IMG/VR virus record: IMGVR_UViG_2574180160_000002
Reading direction: 5' to 3' (one strand)
Length of the DNA stretch: 7,629 nt
Source: a virus
Taxonomy: Monodnaviria > Loebvirae > Hofneiviricota > Faserviricetes > Tubulavirales
Each line of letters begins with the position of its first letter. Positions within the stretch are counted from its first letter, which is position 1. Positions 1-7,629 of this stretch are shown here, piece by piece. The position numbers were made by a program, and so were the translations under genes. The notes beneath the pieces were generated by a model. It saw only the letters and a program-made list of their open reading frames with translations. It made no database searches and had not been told where the DNA came from.

Positions 1-1218
<1,218 letters not shown>

Positions 1219-1247
1219 TTAAGTGCTGTTTTTCAGTCATGAAGATA

Positions 1248-1373
<126 letters not shown>

Positions 1374-1422
1374 AGGTGCAGTCCATGAAAACAAAGCGCG
1401 GATTAAGCTGCGGTGCACACTA

Positions 1423-1466
<44 letters not shown>

Positions 1467-1467
1467 C

Positions 1468-1500
<33 letters not shown>

Positions 1501-1513
1501 GTAAGCTGGTTGA

Positions 1514-1643
<130 letters not shown>

Positions 1644-1656
1644 AGTGTCCTCTGTC

Positions 1657-3227
<1,571 letters not shown>

Positions 3228-3229
3228 TG

Positions 3230-4546
3230 TTACCCCCTGTCAACAAAAAGAACACGACGAACAATAAAGTAACAACGTAAAGTCGTTAATGCATAAAGAG
3301 CATACTCCAGTAAAGGTCTGATAATGTCATCATAAGCTGAAGCAAAATCAGATGTGTCAATTGTAAAATACAGCCCATTTATCCCCGGCAATGGAAATTC
3401 AATCTGAACTGGCTGAGCACCAGAACGACGCAGTTCACCAGTTAAAAGTAATTTATCAAAATTAATATAAAGCCACTCATCAGGAAGAAGACTGAAAAGC
3501 CTGTCAGCAAATGAAGACATATCATCCTGTTCAGGCGTTACAGAATGAATTAATTCATTTAACTGTGAATCATAAGAACTAACCGCACTGGTAATATCAT
3601 CCTGAGAAACAGAAAAAGTATTATTTAAATCATTCACTGAACCCCATATTGTTTTTAACCAGCCCAAAATACCATCAAACCAGCCATTGTCATCGCCGGA
3701 TGAGCCACCGGAGCCTGAACCTGAACTACCGCTACCGGATGAACCACCGGAGCCAGAACCTGAACCACCACTGCCGGATGAGCCGCCGGAACCCGAGCCG
3801 GAGCCACCGCTACCGGATGAACCACCGGAGCCAGAACCTGAACCACCACTGCCGGATGAACCGCCAGAGCCTGTCGTATTATCGCAATTGTCGTCGTCAC
3901 AACCAGAGCCACTCCCTGTATTGCCGTCAGGATTTTTATTGGCGGCAGCCACGCCAACAGAACGCATACTTTGAGCGATACAATTCCCGTCGTCATCACA
4001 CTCGTTAAAATCAATCAAATAACGACAGCCATTAATTTCCAGGGACTGAGATTCCTGCCCGTTACCCGTATCAACCCAGACAACATCACCAAGAGAATAT
4101 GAAAAGTCCTTAATTACCGGACGGGAAAGACAATTTTCTTCGGTAACCGGCTTATTATATTCAGGTGTCAAATCCCCCTCACCACCCTGAAAAGCAAGGG
4201 TGCAGGCTGTCCACTTTTGCTTGTCTGAATCCCAGACTTTATATGCTGACCACCGGGCACGGACAAAAGACCCGACAGTCGAAGGTGCATTAACAGGCGT
4301 GGAAAGTGGCACACCACAATAATGAATTATTCCGGAACATGCGTCATAACTGCCCGAACCACAGAAAAGATGACCGGCCGCCCTGGCTAATTTAATCGAC
4401 GTCCCCGCGTCCGAATAATCTGTCCTGCAGGATGAATGGCCTGCACACTGAACAAGTGCATCCGGATTTTCTTTCTCTTCAGCGAAAGAAAACGAGGAAA
4501 AGAACAAAAACAGAAGCGGAATAATAAAGTGAATCAAACAAAACAC
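3230..4546 (-). CDS. III: Adsorption / minor coat protein pIII-like, 438 aa
   Basis: Hydrophobic N-terminal signal-like sequence (..IIPLLFLFFSSFSFA), Cys-rich N-terminal domain, internal Gly/Ser-rich linker made of tandem repeats, hydrophobic C-terminal anchor (YALYALTTLRCYFIV). Position after gene VIII and before VI. Start is uncertain: GTG at 4544-4546 overlaps the AGGAG; TTG at 4535-4537 has better spacing (AGGAG-8nt-TTG). Confidence 0.8.
   Translation of the reverse strand: MFCLIHFIIPLLFLFFSSFSFAEEKENPDALVQCAGHSSCRTDYSDAGTSIKLARAAGHLFCGSGSYDACSGIIHYCGVPLSTPVNAPSTVGSFVRARWSAYKVWDSDKQKWTACTLAFQGGEGDLTPEYNKPVTEENCLSRPVIKDFSYSLGDVVWVDTGNGQESQSLEINGCRYLIDFNECDDDGNCIAQSMRSVGVAAANKNPDGNTGSGSGCDDDNCDNTTGSGGSSGSGGSGSGSGGSSGSGGSGSGSGGSSGSGGSGSGSGGSSGSGSSGSGSGGSSGDDNGWFDGILGWLKTIWGSVNDLNNTFSVSQDDITSAVSSYDSQLNELIHSVTPEQDDMSSFADRLFSLLPDEWLYINFDKLLLTGELRRSGAQPVQIEFPLPGINGLYFTIDTSDFASAYDDIIRPLLEYALYALTTLRCYFIVRRVLFVDRG
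3696..3872. repeat. Tandem 39-bp coding repeat (about 4.5 units; 78-bp higher-order period) encoding the Gly/Ser linker of pIII
   Basis: Units start with ccggatga at 3696, 3735, 3774, 3813 and 3852. Units 2 (3735-3773) and 4 (3813-3851) are identical. Encodes (GGSSGSGGSGSGS)n on the minus strand; reverse frames give the PDEPPEPEPEPPL artefact ORFs. Confidence 0.9.
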
Positions 4547-4558
4547 TCCTGGTATGAT

Positions 4559-4582
4559 TAAAAAAGCGCCCCGGAGGGCGCT
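4559..4582 (-). terminator. Rho-independent terminator downstream of gene VIII
   Basis: Perfect 7-bp GC-rich stem (4565-4571 agcgccc pairing with 4576-4582 gggcgct; loop cgga), followed on the minus strand by a T-run (plus-strand aaaaa at 4560-4564). Lies 16 nt after the pVIII stop and immediately before the pIII ribosome-binding site, as for the strong terminator after gene VIII in Ff phages. Confidence 0.6.
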
Positions 4583-4597
4583 GTCATTAAATAACTA

Positions 4598-4858
<261 letters not shown>

Positions 4859-4864
4859 TTAAAA

Positions 4865-5035
4865 TTAATTAACAGCATCACTGAACATCCGGCAGACCAG
4901 AGTGAAAATAACACCAAGACCAAAGCCAAGAAGCCAGCAGACAATCCAGACATAAAGAACGGACCAGTAAAGCTCCCCGTCCTGTACGCCAGAATTCAGT
5001 GCGGATAAAACACCGCTGAAATCAAATTCAGTCAT
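4865..5035 (-). CDS. Small hydrophobic protein (56 aa), candidate minor coat protein (pVII/pIX position)
   Basis: ATG at 5033-5035 overlapping the stop of the upstream small ORF (ATGACTGA). One strongly hydrophobic segment (WSVLYVWIVCWLLGFGLGVIFTLV). Position between the gene-V-position ORF and gene VIII. No clear Shine-Dalgarno; an alternative GTG start at 5068 gives 67 aa. Confidence 0.4.
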   Translation of the reverse strand: MTEFDFSGVLSALNSGVQDGELYWSVLYVWIVCWLLGFGLGVIFTLVCRMFSDAVN

Positions 5036-5168
5036 AATAACGCTGAACAGTAATGCTTTGTGAGTCACAGGCGCGAATCAGTTTTATTCCGATGCCAAAA
5101 CCTGAAGAAAATAAAATCATTGCAGGCGCAGCAAATAAAACAAAGTTCAGAAAATCAGCGTCAGACAT
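5028..5168 (-). CDS. Small hydrophobic protein (46 aa), candidate minor coat protein (pVII/pIX position)
   Basis: ATG at 5166-5168, 4 nt after the stop of the 141-aa ORF; weak AAAGG upstream. MSDADFLNFVLFAAPAMILFSSGFGIGIKLIRA... has one hydrophobic segment. Tight packing with neighbours is typical of the inovirus VII/IX region. Confidence 0.4.
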   Translation of the reverse strand: MSDADFLNFVLFAAPAMILFSSGFGIGIKLIRACDSQSITVQRYYD

Positions 5169-5172
5169 ATCA

Positions 5173-5598
5173 TCAGCCTTTTTCTTTACCTGCGGGCAGT
5201 GCACCCAGCGGCTGACCGTCAAAACGTTTCATGGAGCCGGAAATAAAACGATACCAGACACCATGACGTTCTGAGCCTGTCGACCATGAGTTAACATCCA
5301 CCGTGAGATAAACAGGTTTGCCCTGCAAATCAGGACATGAATTAAAAAATTTAAAATCCTCCTCAGTACAGGAAAAGCGCTCATGCTCCTCACGGCGGAC
5401 TTTTAATTTTCGATCCTCATACGGATAGGCAATAACAATGGCATATTTGGGTTTAGCCTCAGGGTTATAATGAGAACCCGTGGGTTTTAACTCCTCATCA
5501 TTTATGACAGTGGCGTGAATAAAATATCCCGCCATTGTCATGCCTGAGGTAAAACCCTCAGGGGAAGGAAACGGAAAACTGTCGTAAATTTGATTCAT
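5173..5598 (-). CDS. Hypothetical 141-aa soluble protein in the gene-V (ssDNA-binding protein) position
   Basis: ATG at 5596-5598 with GAGGAG 6-7 nt upstream; stop at 5173-5175. No signal peptide or transmembrane segment. Lies directly downstream of rep, where inoviruses encode the ssDNA-binding protein, but it is longer than Ff gV (87 aa) and I see no obvious similarity to it. Confidence 0.6.
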   Translation of the reverse strand: MNQIYDSFPFPSPEGFTSGMTMAGYFIHATVINDEELKPTGSHYNPEAKPKYAIVIAYPYEDRKLKVRREEHERFSCTEEDFKFFNSCPDLQGKPVYLTVDVNSWSTGSERHGVWYRFISGSMKRFDGQPLGALPAGKEKG

Positions 5599-5628
5599 AA
5601 ATCAGACTCCTCAATGTTAAAAATTCAG

Positions 5629-7629
<2,001 letters not shown>

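Noticed and set aside
3696-3872. Possible CRISPR array (regular direct repeats)
   Set aside because: The repeats are contiguous with no spacers, have 39-bp periodicity in frame with a coding sequence, and are G/C codon repeats for a Gly/Ser linker.
3649-4014. Plus- and minus-strand ORFs with PDEPPEPEPEPPL-type or His/Arg-rich repeats (3649-4008 +, 3687-3974 +, 3655-4014 -)
   Set aside because: These are alternative-frame and antisense readings of the Gly/Ser tandem repeat in pIII. Low complexity, no start context; the pIII frame explains the region.

Overview
The window is one co-directional gene block on the minus strand with the gene order and protein architectures of a filamentous phage (Inoviridae, Ff/IKe-like) genome or prophage. 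No host genes, tRNA, rRNA or CRISPR are visible. Reading the minus strand from 7629 down to 1: a large rolling-circle Rep (runs off the window edge), a 141-aa protein in the gene-V position, two small hydrophobic proteins, the major coat protein pVIII, an intrinsic terminator, the adsorption protein pIII with a Gly/Ser tandem-repeat linker, pVI, the Zot-like assembly ATPase pI, a 447-bp non-coding gap, and the secretin pIV. Homology calls for pI and pIV rest on alignment from memory to M13 proteins; the others rest on position, size and architecture. Three things stand out: (1) the gap between genes I and IV holds two 57-bp direct repeats, about 93% identical, that resemble the primosome-assembly-site region of ColE1/pMB1 plasmids; (2) the Rep carries a phiX174-gpA/P2-gpA-type Y-x-x-K-Y motif rather than looking like Ff gII; (3) the gene-V-position protein is 141 aa and does not resemble Ff gV. 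All similarity statements are from reading and memory; no searches were run.
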